A stretch of 44,544 bases of DNA from Thraustochytrium aureum (taxonomy: Eukaryota), in contig BLSG01000103.1 of assembly GCA_012862495.1 (NCBI GenBank), positions 49,941 through 94,484 of the forward strand, in the 5' to 3' direction. The position numbers and the translations under genes are program-made. The first letter of the stretch is position 1. Each line of letters opens with the position of its first letter. Below the pieces are notes generated by a model, which worked only from the letters and a program-made list of their open reading frames with translations, was not told where the DNA came from and made no database searches. Shown here in pieces: positions 11,761-24,000 of the stretch.

Positions 11761-12066
11761 TGGGTTGTTGGTGCTTGCACCGAGTCGGTGTCCATGCGTC
11801 CCTGCGCATGCAGTCCAGACACGCAACGGAGGCAGACGCGCNNNNNNNNNNNNNNNNNNNNNNNNNNNNNNNNNNNNNNNNNNNNNNNNNNNNNNNNNNN
11901 NNNNNNNNNNNNNNNNNNNNNNNNNNNNNNNNNNNNNNNNNNNNNNNNNNNNNNNNNNNNNNNNNNNNNNNNNNNNNNNNNNNNNNNNNNNNNNNNNNNN
12001 NNNNNNNNNNNNNNNNNNNNNNNNNNNNNNNNNNNNNNNNNNNNNNNNNNNNNNNNNNNNNNNNNN

Positions 12067-15000
12067 CAACCAAGGTAGACGACGATCCCTGGGCCTCGTT
12101 CGGCACGGGCTCCTACAGCGGGCCGACGTACGACTCCCTCTCCGGCAACGCCGCCACCGCAGCCTCGATCTCCGGCATGGGCGGCACAAGCTCTGGGGTT
12201 GGCACCAGCACCGGCGGCGGTGGGGCGGGTGCGGCCGGCATGGCGCAGCACGACCGAACGTATGGCCCAATGACCGGCTTTGGGCCCAGTACGATGGCCG
12301 ACCACGCCGGGGCAGGCCGCGGCGGGTTCGGCCCCAGGAGCGCCGAGAGCGGCGCGGAAGCCACCACGCTCCCCGAGCAGGCTCTTGACGACCCCCTCTT
12401 CAACGAGGCCCCGAAAGAGGCCCAGTTCGTCACGCTGCACGACCAGAGCACAGCCTTCCTGCTTTCGCCTGGGACCGGCTGAAACTCAACCTCGAGGGCC
12501 TCACTTCGATGGGGAGCACCGCGCTGGCCCGCAAGCGCGAGCGCAAAGAAAAACTGCGCCGCGAGCTGCTCCACGAACGCGGCCTGCGCGACCAGGAGGC
12601 TGCGCTCCGTGCAACACCCGCGAGCGAGGGCCTCGCGGGCAACTTGCTCTCTGAGCTCGAGCTTGACTCGGACGACGACGAGCAGAGCGCCACCGGCGCA
12701 AAGAGTGCGCTGCGTCTTGGCGCTGGTTCGAAAAAAAGCCCCGGCGAAGAAGGCGCTGGCGCCAACGCTGGCGTCTCCTCGATCGGCTGGGGCACGGTCT
12801 CAGCCGGTGGTGGTGGCGGCGGCGGCGGCGGCGGGGTGACGACGACGACTCGGTCGTGGGACGCGACGAGGGCGGTGGGCGCGTGCGCTGGGGCGACGAT
12901 GTCGGGTTCGACGGCGGCGGTTACGCTGACTGGGGCTACTCGTACGGCGGGTTTGGCTCCCTGTTCAAGACGTACGTGAACGCATACACAATCACGATGG
13001 ACGTCAAGTTCGAGCACGACCCGCCCCGGTCCGGAGTGAGTCTGTTCCAGACCAGGCTGGTCCACGTCGAAGAGAACCAGCGGACGGGCAAGAAGAAAGC
13101 CAAGCAATCCGACGGCGAGTGCGTGCTGAACAGCGAGGGTGGTGTGGGCATCTTCGGCTCGTTTGGCAACACGGCCAAAGCCAAGGTGGTCAAAGAAAAG
13201 TGGACTCGCATCGTCGTCTCCGTGGCCTGCGGGGAAGACAGCACCAAGGGCCAGGTCCGCACCTGGATCGACTCTGTTCCCGCCGCAACTGTTTTCCACG
13301 AGGAGATCGTCAAGGACGGCCGGTTTGCGATCGACCCGGACGCGCTTTTCCTCTTCAGCAGCAAGAACCACGGCATGATGCCCGGCCACGTTTTGATCCG
13401 GCACGTCCGTGTTGACGCCGCCTTCTCAGACACGCGCATGGTCAAGGAGGCCAGGGCGCGCGACAAGGTCATCTCCATGTTCGACGAGCTGCGCAAGGCC
13501 GAAGTGGACGAGCAGCGCAAGGAGCTGAGCCTCGCCGTGCTCTTTCCCAAGCCGCGCCCCGTCTGGGCGGCCCCAGCGCTGACCGGGACCTTTGGGGACG
13601 CCTTCCTCGAGGGGACCACGCTGGAGGCCAACAGCCTCCTCAGCTGGTCGTACACGGTTCTGAACCACACGCTTGTGCGCGCCATGCACGAGATGGGCGC
13701 GTTTCTTGGGCCGCTCTCGCGTCGCGAGCGCGCCGCCGTCTCGGACGCGGCGTACGTCTTTGGCCAGAGCGGGGTCATGATGCGCCAAATGCTAAAGCTC
13801 CTGCGGCACAACAACAAGGCCCAGCTCATGACGTTCCTGCGCAAGCTGCGCGCGGCGCTCACTGGCCTCGAGATCGGGGACACGCTCATCTTGCCCGCCA
13901 TCGTCGAGATGCGCGAGCTCGTGATCGTGGTGCAGCGCACCACCGACCAGCGCTTCCGGTTTGTGGTCGTCAACACCAACCCGACGGCTGGGCTCCACTT
14001 TCACGCCGTGAGCCCCGTGGCGGGCCCACCCAAGCTCAAGTACCGCACTTGCCTGGTTCTGGAAAATGTGCCCAAGAAGAACGCGCTTGACAACGTGTTC
14101 TGGATGGCGGTCTACAACCTCTCCTTGACGAACACGCCCAAGGACACCGAGCGGTTCTACGACATTCTTCTCCCCTTCCTCACGGGTAAGCCCCTTGAGA
14201 CCTCGATCGTGGAGGCCGAGATGCACAGCGCGCACGGGGACGCGGGGGGCAACGGCTCTGGCGCGGCCAGCGGCGACTGGCGCTCGCCGCAGCGGTCGCG
14301 CACCGCCTACGTGCGCTGCCTCCTGCACGCCCTGCACTTTGTTCTGGTGCAGAAGGGCCTGCCCAAGCTGCGCGCCAAGCTCGTCACGCTCGCGCTCCGG
14401 GCCCAGTTCGTCAAGATGATCGCCAACGACATGGACTTTGTGCATCCGAGCGCCAACGGGGTGCGCGTTTGCCGCATGGCTTGCTCGCAGCTCGCCTATT
14501 CGACAGTCAAGCTCGCGGACTGCCTGCGCCNNNNNNNNNNNNNNNNNNNNNNNNNNNNNNNNNNNNNNNNNNNNNNNNNNNNNNNNNNNNNNNNNNNNNN
14601 NNNNNNNNNNNNNNNNNNNNNNNNNNNNNNNNNNNNNNNNNNNNNNNNNNNNNNNNNNNNNNNNNNNNNNNNNNNNNNNNNNNNNNNNNNNNNNNNNNNN
14701 NNNNNNNNNNNNNNNNNNNNNNNNNNNNNNNNNNNNNNNNNNNNNNNNNNNNNNNNNNNNNNNNNNNNNNNNNNNNNNNNNNNNNNNNNCAAGGTTAAGC
14801 ACACGCTGCCGCGCGCAAGCCGGCTTCCGTTCCTGATCAACGTGAACCGCGAAGGCACGGTCGGGGAGCTGCAGGCCCGCCTTGGGGCGGCCTGCGGCGT
14901 GCCCGCCAGCAAGCAGCGCCTGATCTACATGGGCAAGCTCATGAACGCCAGCAAGACGCTCCGCGAGTACGGCGTTGACAAGGACAACAAGGTCGTGCAC

Positions 15001-18000
15001 CTCGCCGTCACCAAGCCAGTTGGCGAGGCGAGCGCCGAGGACCGCGCGGCGGCCACCTCCAAGGCCGCGTCCGCCAGGACGGGCGCCTCCAGCGCTGCAG
15101 ACGCCGAGCAGGCCGCGAAGCGCGCCAAAGACCAGGTCCAGTTTTGCGATCTGCTGGCCTGGGAAATCGAGAGGAACGAGCCAAACCCCGGACAAGCCGC
15201 CGCGCTGAAAAAGTACGTGCCGATCGACTTTCTGCAGCTCCCCGAGCGCGTCTACAGCCGCGGCGAGGCGGTCGACGTCCTCCGCCAGACCGACAAGCTG
15301 TGCACCCTCATCGACAACCAGGCGCACTGCATCAAGAACGACAAGCTCCTCATTCTCAACGTGATCCAGCACGTGCTCACCCATGTAGTGCCTGTGCCCG
15401 CGCCCCGCGACGTCCCGCGAGACCCAATCGCTGTGTTCAAGTCTGAGCGGGCCTTCCGTCGGCAAGCGCGCCGAGCGCAAAAGAAGGCTGCTGCAGCCAA
15501 CGCTGAAAGCAGCACGGACGACGCGGCGCCGTGCCCCAAAAGCTCCCCCGCTGGCAACAAGGACGAGGCTGAGGCCAGCGACGACCAGCTGGACCTCGAC
15601 GAGGAGAACGCGTCCGACTGGAACGAGGAACAGAACGACTCCGACTCGTACTACAGCTCTGAGGACGACGACCCGGCTCTGCTTCGGGGCAAGCGCGGCG
15701 CGGACAGATCTAGATCTGGATCTGGATCTGGATCTGATGACGACCAAGACGCGGAGGATGCTGCCGAGGGGGCAGGCGAGGATGGCGAGGATTCGCCGTT
15801 CTCGCTCGACGCCCTCGACGACGACCTCGACATGCACAACCTTGACGCGGAACTTCTCAAGCGCCTCGGTGTTCCGACCGTGGCAGAGGCAACGCTAGAG
15901 CAGCTCGAGCTCGCGCTCGCAGGCGCCGACGGCCACCGCGTCGAGGCACTCCGCGCGCTCGACGAGCAGCTCGGGAGCCCCTCCGAGGACAGGTTTGACG
16001 TCGACTATATGGACGACGAGCGGTTTTGCCCCGGGCTTGGCCAGCGCGTCCGCGTTCGGTACAGTGGCGAGTTCGGACTCTGGTACAACGCGACCGTCTC
16101 GCGGCTCAACGACGACGGCTCGTTCTTTGTCGTGTACGAGGATGGCGACACGGAGGACGGCGTAGCCCGCGACGCGCTGCGCAGCATCTTGCCCCGCGGA
16201 TCTATCGGTCCAAGGACGACCGCGTCGCCTCCGTGGCGCGCCTGCACGACAAANNNNNNNNNNNNNNNNNNNNNNNNNNNNNNNNNNNNNNNNNNNNNNN
16301 NNNNNNNNNNNNNNNNNNNNNNNNNNNNNNNNNNNNNNNNNNNNNNNNNNNNNNNNNNNNNNNNNNNNNNNNNNNNNNNNNNNNNNNNNNNNNNNNNNNN
16401 NNNNNNNNNNNNNNNNNNNNNNNNNNNNNNNNNNNNNNNNNNNNNNNNNNNNNNNNNNNNNNNNNNNNNNNNNNNNNNNNNNNNNNNNNNNNNNNNNNNN
16501 NNNNNNNNNNNNNNNNNNNNNNNNNNNNNNNNNNNNNNNNNNNNNNNNNNNNNNNNNNNNNNNNNNNNNNNNNNNNNNNNNNNNNNNNNNNNNNNNNNNN
16601 NNNNNNNNNNNNNNNNNNNNNNNNNNNNNNNNNNNNNNNNNNNNNNNNNNNNNNNNNNNNNNNNNNNNNNNNNNNNNNNNNNNNNNNNNNNNNNNNNNNN
16701 NNNNNAAAGCGGGCCACGAAACGGCCCTGCCTGTGGACCGACGAGCCGATCGAGTACGCGCTCCAGGTCGAGCTACTCCTCACGCTTCGCCGCCTGATGG
16801 AGCACTTTGCGTCTGCCTCGTTCTCGCTGCAGCAGTCCCGCCCGCTGGACGCCGTCGGCGTGGTCATTCCGGGCTGCATCACTGCCATCGCCGACGCGGT
16901 GATGCGCCAAATCGCTGTGGACACGCCTTCGGAGGCCTCCACCCACCTGCTCGGCCAGACGCGCAGTGGCCGCCAGCTCGGTGTCCCTGGGTTTGGGATC
17001 AGCGTGTCGACCTTCGCGGAGCAGTCTGAGACGATCGAGGTGCACACGCCCGAGCTCAACATGGCCCGCGCTGCGGTTCTGGACTACTTTGAGTCGCCTG
17101 CGCAGCGCCGGTACTTGAAAATCTTCAGCTGGGAGACTGCTGCAGATGTGCGGCCCAACCCGGCTCTGATCCGGTACTTGAGGCACATTTGCCGCGAGAC
17201 AGCTGGCTCTGAGGCGAGCTCGCCGCATACCCTGCTGGTCGACAGGCAGCCCCCGTCGTCTCGTCTGCTGAAAAACTTTCCCGAACTGGAAGCGTTCAGG
17301 GACGTGGTGTTTTGGTGGAAGTACTTTTTGAACCCCGACATCACCAACTTTCCCAACTACGGCGGGCGCGAAGGGCGCGATGTGCAGCGGCTGGACCGCT
17401 TGAACGGCCAGCTGAGCTGGAAGTGGAACACCGAGACGCTCTCCTACGACGTGCGGAGCTTTGGCAACCGCAGCATGCGGTGCCGCCCGTATATGGACCT
17501 CAACTTTGTTGGCACTGCGCATGAGAAGGACCATCAGCCTCCAAAGTACCGGTTTCCCTCCACGGCGACGCCGAGCTTTTACCTCGGCGACCCCCCGGTG
17601 CGCACGGAGGACGACATCATCTATCGTCCCACGCTGCCTGGGTTTGAGGAGGAGCACAAGGGCGGCGAGCACGGCGAAGGCCAGAACAGTGAGAGCGCGA
17701 TGGTCAAGGAGTTTATGCAAGCCGAGGGCGACGGGGATGGAGCGGGGGGCGCGTTTGCTGTTGGCCCCAAGGCCAGCGAGGAGGGCGACGCGCACGGCGG
17801 CCACGTTGGGGCCTCGCACACACAGCGCGCCCAGGTTTTGGGGCAGCACGACTCGGAGCTGCTGCTGTCCTACCTGACAGTGCCCTACCTGCGCCTTCCG
17901 CTGGTGACGACGTTCTTCGCCAGCGACGACCGACTGCACAAGTTGCAGAGCACCAAGCTGCGTCTCATTCTGGACTCTGTTCTGTTCGAGCCCGGGCGCT

Positions 18001-21000
18001 ACCTCTCGCTCAAACTCGACGGCGTGGAGCCCGTGCTGGTCCCCACGCCTTACAAGGAGCTCCTGGCCACCCCGTACGGGATGCTCATCAACGAGCTCGC
18101 GAGCAGCCCCGAGACGATTTTGCGCGCCGGCCTCACGCTCCTGCGGGACGCGCTAGCCCTGGACACCGGCTCGGTGTGTGATATCGGGGCAGAGGACTTC
18201 AACACGAGCGTGCAGATCATCCTGTTTGCCGCCCGCCTCGGCGCGCGCCTCGACAACTACCTCACGCTGCTCGTGCGTCGCGCCCGCGCCCCGCCTGGCA
18301 GCGACAGGTTCATCAACCCGCTCCGCGACACCGTCCTCTCCCCAGAGTGCGTGCTGAAGCTGGAGCAAGGCGTGGTCGACGTGCGGGCGATCCTGCTCGG
18401 GCCCCTGACCGACCTGTTCCGAGACTACCTGCAAAAGCTCGACGACCAGACCAAGCGGGAGCCCACGAACGAGGACCTCATTCGACGCAACTCGCGCCTA
18501 GCCTGTGACCTGCACGCCCACAAGCTGCTCGTCTGCCGCAACGCGCCGCTGGACGTGCTCGGCGAGGAGGCTGCAAAGACGATCATCGGGAGCTTCATCT
18601 ACCTTACGACGCGCCACACCTGGAACAAGGCGCGCCGGGAAGAGGGCCGCATCCTCATCCCCGAGTTTGAGCTCTACGAAGTGCTCCAGGTCCAGCGCCG
18701 CAACCTCGTCAACTGGTGCCGCAACCTTCGCCAGGGCGAGCTGGACCGCGTCATGCAGTTTTCCCTGCAAGTCTCCACCTCCACGAGTGGGAGCCTCGGC
18801 GCCAACGAAGACTTTCTCAGCGCCACCAACCGCTGGAGCCGCATATCGGGCCAGCGCTCGATCGGCCGCTACGCAGTCAGCTCGACGCGCCTTGCTGGCC
18901 CCAAAACCGCCGCGGCCAAATCGTCCTCGGCGGCCAGCAGCGGGGCGCGCACCTTGGCAAGCGGGCTCAAGCTGGACGCCGGCGGCCTCGGGGCCAGCAG
19001 CAGCGACGACGAGGGCCGCGACGCCCCCGACAGCGACTCTGCCACTGACGCCGACACGGACACCGACAGCTTGGCGGCCAGCGGGAATACGGAAGCGACC
19101 AAGTTGTCGCCCTCAGCAAGCTCTGCGCGCAGCCCCTCGCGGATCAAGCTTCTGCGGGAGCAGAGCTTCAACAACGACGTCAAGGAGATCTCGGACGCCG
19201 AGATGTTTGGCGTCGAAATGGACCTGCAGATCGGCCAGATGACGCTGCGCAGCCGCCACCTCACCGCGCTGCGAGGAGAAACGGCCAACAGCGCGGACAT
19301 GCGCCTGCTCTTTGGAAGCGCCACGCTCCAGGTCTCGCTCCTGGAGCGAGCCGAACACCGCGAGCGCTACAGGCTCGTGGGCATGCAGCACGACTTGGAG
19401 TGGTGGCACTCTCCGCACTCCGCCTGCCCGCCATTGGGCGACGAGTGGGAGCGCGACTATGACCCCGCCGAGCTTTTCCCCAGCGAGGACTGGATTCCCT
19501 CGCTTTTCGAGCCTGTGCGCAAGTCGTTTTTCGACGGGCCGCAGCCCCCAGCGCTGCAGTTCCTCATGCCCGAGTGGGCGCTGCCAGAGGACGCCGAGGT
19601 GGCCATACTCGTTGGGCTGCACCCCATCATCGGAGGGCCTTACAAGCTGATCTACCTGTTTCGCCGTCTCCGATGCGTGCACGTCTACGAGTGCCTCACG
19701 CACGGCCGTCAGTGGTGGTGGTCGCTGCACCTCACCACGGACGCGAGGTTCTGCATGCGCGAGCTCCAGCCCTCCACCGGTTCCAGGATCAGGCAGAGGC
19801 CTTCGTGGTGGAAGCACGGTGCAGGGGTCCCTTATCCGTGTGGGCTGGCCCCGCACTTGCACAACAGGGCCGAGGGCGGGGTCTTCTCCGTGATGCCCCC
19901 GCACAAGTCGGTGTTGATTATCCGTGAGCAGGGCCACCCTGCCAACCTGTCCGGCGGTCGAGAGACCTTCGTGCCCAAGCGCCTCCTGTACGGGCTGCTA
20001 CCCGAGTGCCTCCTGAACTCGCACCTGTTTTGGATGGACGAGACTTGGGAGGCCGACTGCGCCGTGCCGTGCTCCCTCTTCCCGGAGGAGGAGGAGTCTG
20101 CCACCGTGCCTGGCCGCGGAAAGGAGGACGCGACCGGCGACGATTTCGCGGCTGCCGGCTCGCGTGCCAAGTCGCAAGCCGAGGTCGCGGCGGAGGCGAA
20201 GCGGCACGCTGACCGCATCGCCAAGGAGCGCCAGCTACGGTCCAAGCAGAGATCCAGGGCCGGGTACCGCCGAGTCAAAATCCTGCGCGGCTATCCTGTC
20301 AAAGAAGATGGCGAGCACATCATCCTCGCCGAGCTCAAGCAGGTCGGGACCTGGATTGACGTGATGCGGCGCAAGCCTGGCGCCGGCAACGCGCTCGGCG
20401 ACAACGGGGTGGAGATCACCGGCGGGTTGCCTGGCTCGATGCTGCGAGTGACCCGCGTCGACGCCAAGGCGTACCGGGAGCGCTTTGAGCGCAAGCAGCA
20501 CGTCGCAGTCGCGCTCGAGACGCTCCGGCTCCTTCGGCAAGCGAGCGACGACCCGTTCCTCAAGATGGCCAACTCTCGCCAGAGGCGAAAGCAGCAGCAC
20601 ACCGAGGCTGCCAAGAAGCGGGCCGCCGAAAAGCGCCGCGCAGCAGCCAAGGCGGGCCGCAAGCACGCAGACTCCGCCGCCAAAGCGGGCTCGGGCCGCG
20701 CAGAGTCGGACGACGACGGAGAAAACCCTGCGCCACTGATCAAGGACGAGCTCGATGTGAACCCCACGGGGCAGCGCGACGAGCTCAAACGGGGCGACAA
20801 GGTCAAGTACATGGGAAAGCGCGGTCACTTCGTGGACGTCACCATCCTGGGTCGCAACGCGGACGGCACGTTTGACGTCAAGGGCCTCAAGGGTTCGGAC
20901 GCTGGCATTGTCCTGGAAGGCGTGGATGGGCGTGACCTCTTCAAGAACCGCCCGCGCAACTTTGAGAGCGGTGAAAACGTCTGGCACTGGGACGGCATGA

Positions 21001-24000
21001 GCGACTCTGAAGGCGATGATTGGGAGTCGTCAGACAGTGACAACGGCAGCAGCGACGGGGCCGGATCGTTGGATGAAAAGGGCCGCAAAAAGCCGGCGAG
21101 CAAGAAGAAGACCAGCAAGAAGGGTGCGCTTGGGCCTGATGACGACGGCAACGGCGCTGGGGACGAGGACGACGGTGCAGACAACAAGAACGCCGACGGG
21201 ACCAAGAAGCGTTCAGCGATTTCGTTCCAGCAATTCCTCGTCTTGGACAAGCTCCTGGAGGCCGTGCAATGGGACGCCGAGCTGTGCCTCGATGTGCTCT
21301 ACCGGCTCGCAGCGGTCCCAGGCGTATCCTTCAGCGATATGGAGTCGCTCATCGTCGCGGTTCAAGCGGCTCTCGTCGACGCTGGCGGCTTTGGGGGCGA
21401 CCAACTTGCCATGGGCATGGCTGAGGCCGGCACCACCACGACCTCAGCGCAAGGCATCCTTATCACCGCGCGCAGAGACGCAGCCTCGCCCGGTCTCACG
21501 GACGTCGAACGCCAGGTCTCGCTTGCGCGCGCACTTGCAAAGCCGGCGGCGGAGCTCGAAGAGGAGCTCGAAGAGGAGGAGGAGGAGCAGAAGGGGAGGG
21601 ACGGCGAAGAGCTGCGCTCCCCGAAAGCTTCGCGGCGCTCAAGCGCCAAGGCCCCAGACCTGCAAGAGATGTACATGCTCAATTTGATGTACGCCCCGCG
21701 CGGAACGAGGCTCTTTTCGGTTGCCAAAACGCTCAGCCGAATCGAAAACCTCTCCAACATCGTCGCCTGGACCAAAAGCAGCAACGCAGCCACCTGGGAG
21801 GAGCATCTCGCCGCCCGGCACGGCCGCGCCATGGCGTCTCGCATGCCTCTCCGCGGGTGTGTCCCGCTCGACCTGATCGAACTGCCCCGGCTCAAGCTGA
21901 GCTTCGCAGCGCGGCCTGACTACGAGGGGACCCTGCGCCTCTACAGCCTTGACCACGCCGACCTCTTCGTCTGCAACGAGCGCAACCCGAGCACGTCGCG
22001 AATGCTTCGCGGCATACCCCACTCGCTTCTCGTGAGCAATACGCAGGGCGAGCTGCAGGTTCTGGTCCCTCTCGTCAGCCCGCAGCGCCCTGAGGTGCGG
22101 GACGAGCCGTTCTCTACCGAGCTCGTGCTCGACCGAGAGGACTCCGTTTGGACTTCGGCCATTGCGCAGCGGTACTTTCTGTACCCGGTCCACGTCTCGC
22201 TGTCTTTCCTTATGACGCGCGGCCTGGAGTCCGCGCTGTACCTCATGCTGCTGCGCTTCCTCCACCGCGACTATGCCGAGGTCTTCCGGCTCACAGACTC
22301 TGTGGCCTCAGACACCCACCTCAGCGAGACGGCCAAGGTGATTTTCGAGCGCCTCTCCAACGCCAACGACGACTGCCACCCTGACGCGCACGCGTGCCGG
22401 CTCAAAATCTCGCTTGTCACGATCGATTCCGGGGTCTTGCTCCCGTGGGACTTGACGACGCAGTGCGCGCGCTATGCAGTCAAGCTGCCGCACGTCAGNN
22501 NNNNNNNNNNNNNNNNNNCGCGGGTTGCCGCATTTCTCCCGAAGAGGAGCTGCAGCTGCTGCAGACCGAGCGTGAGATTGTGACGGACAAGCGCCACCCG
22601 CGCTTCAGGCGAGAATTGCACACCGACCACGCCATGGTCATCGTCAAGAACCGCCAGCACGCGATGGCTGCGATGCTGCGCGCACTGGGTGCTGCGGCTC
22701 GTGCCGCGGCGACGAGCAGCCAAGTCGACTCCGCGTTGGAGATCTGTGAGGTCAGCGAGTCAAAGTCGGGCAGCGAGGGCGTGCAGGGCTCGCGCGAGCC
22801 TGGCAAGAACCGAGACCTTCCTCTCGCCCTGGCCTCCTGCTGGGTCCCGCCTCGCGGCGAGTCCTCGAGCTGGCCTTACTACGTTGACAAGACCGTGTTC
22901 GGCGAGTCGTACGAGGAGGTGCTCACGGTATCCAACCTCAGCGAATGGGACGAGCTCAGCACCGGCGGCGTCGAGACTGCAGTGCGGAAGCGGAGCGCCG
23001 GCGCCGAGAAAGGCGACGGCGGCGGCCTCCTGGGGGAAGGTGCGCAGCAGAGCGACGACCTCGCTTTCCCCGCCGTTGTCGCACCCGCTGGCGGTTGGCT
23101 TGCCTTGGCCTGCTTTCACGTCCTCTGGAAACCGGTCTGCATCAAAGCGATGGACGCCATCAAGGAACTTGCGTCCGCGTTCCCGAGCTGTGCGTTCTTG
23201 AGCGTGCAGGCCGATGCGCTAGACATGGGTACGCTGGCGCGCGACCTCGAGGTGGAATCCTTTCCGACCTTCATCCTGTTCCGGGGTGGGGAGCAAGTCC
23301 CAGACGCACGTGTCTTCGCGGAGGACCGCATCACAGAAGCTCTCGTGGGCATGCTAAAGCAGCATGTCACGGAGGAGGACCGCGAGCGCTATGGTGAACT
23401 GCAGCGGGCCGAGCGCCGGTTTGAGCGTGACCTGCTTCGCCGCACCATGGACAAGCTCGAGGTTGAGCAGGACGCGGCCGCCAACGTCGGCGAAGAGGCG
23501 AGCGCAGAGTCCGCCCCTACCGCCAAGAGCAAGCACGCTCAACGTGACAAGAAGGGCAAGAAGGGCAAGGGCGCCAAAGAGAAGCAGCAGCAGCAGCAGC
23601 AGCCGCCGCCCAAGGGCAACAAGGAGGCGCTGGAGCGAAAGCTCGCCCAGCTCGACAGCGAGAACGAGGAGAGCGACTTTGATGACGAAGAGCTTCAGTG
23701 GACTTGGGATGTCGAACAGGGCGGGCCAAGTGTGGTCGTTGAGGGCCTCGGGATGCGTGTAGTCCTTCGCGCAGAGGACCTCGAGGCCACTGATGCTGTC
23801 TGGGAGTGGGCGACGCAGTATGGGCAGGCTGCCTGGGTCAAGCTTCCGCCTGACCAGAACCGCGAGTTGGAGGCCAAATATCTCGCGGGGGACCTCTACA
23901 AATCTGGCTACGTGAACATCTCGGCCGGCGAGACTGGGCGCAAGATGGAGCTCTGGGAGTCCGACGTCAAGATCACCTCGCACCTCCTCCAGGGCGTGCA

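Noticed and set aside
15706..15736. (GGATCT)n hexamer repeat
   Set aside because: It simply encodes a Gly-Ser linker in an acidic low-complexity region.
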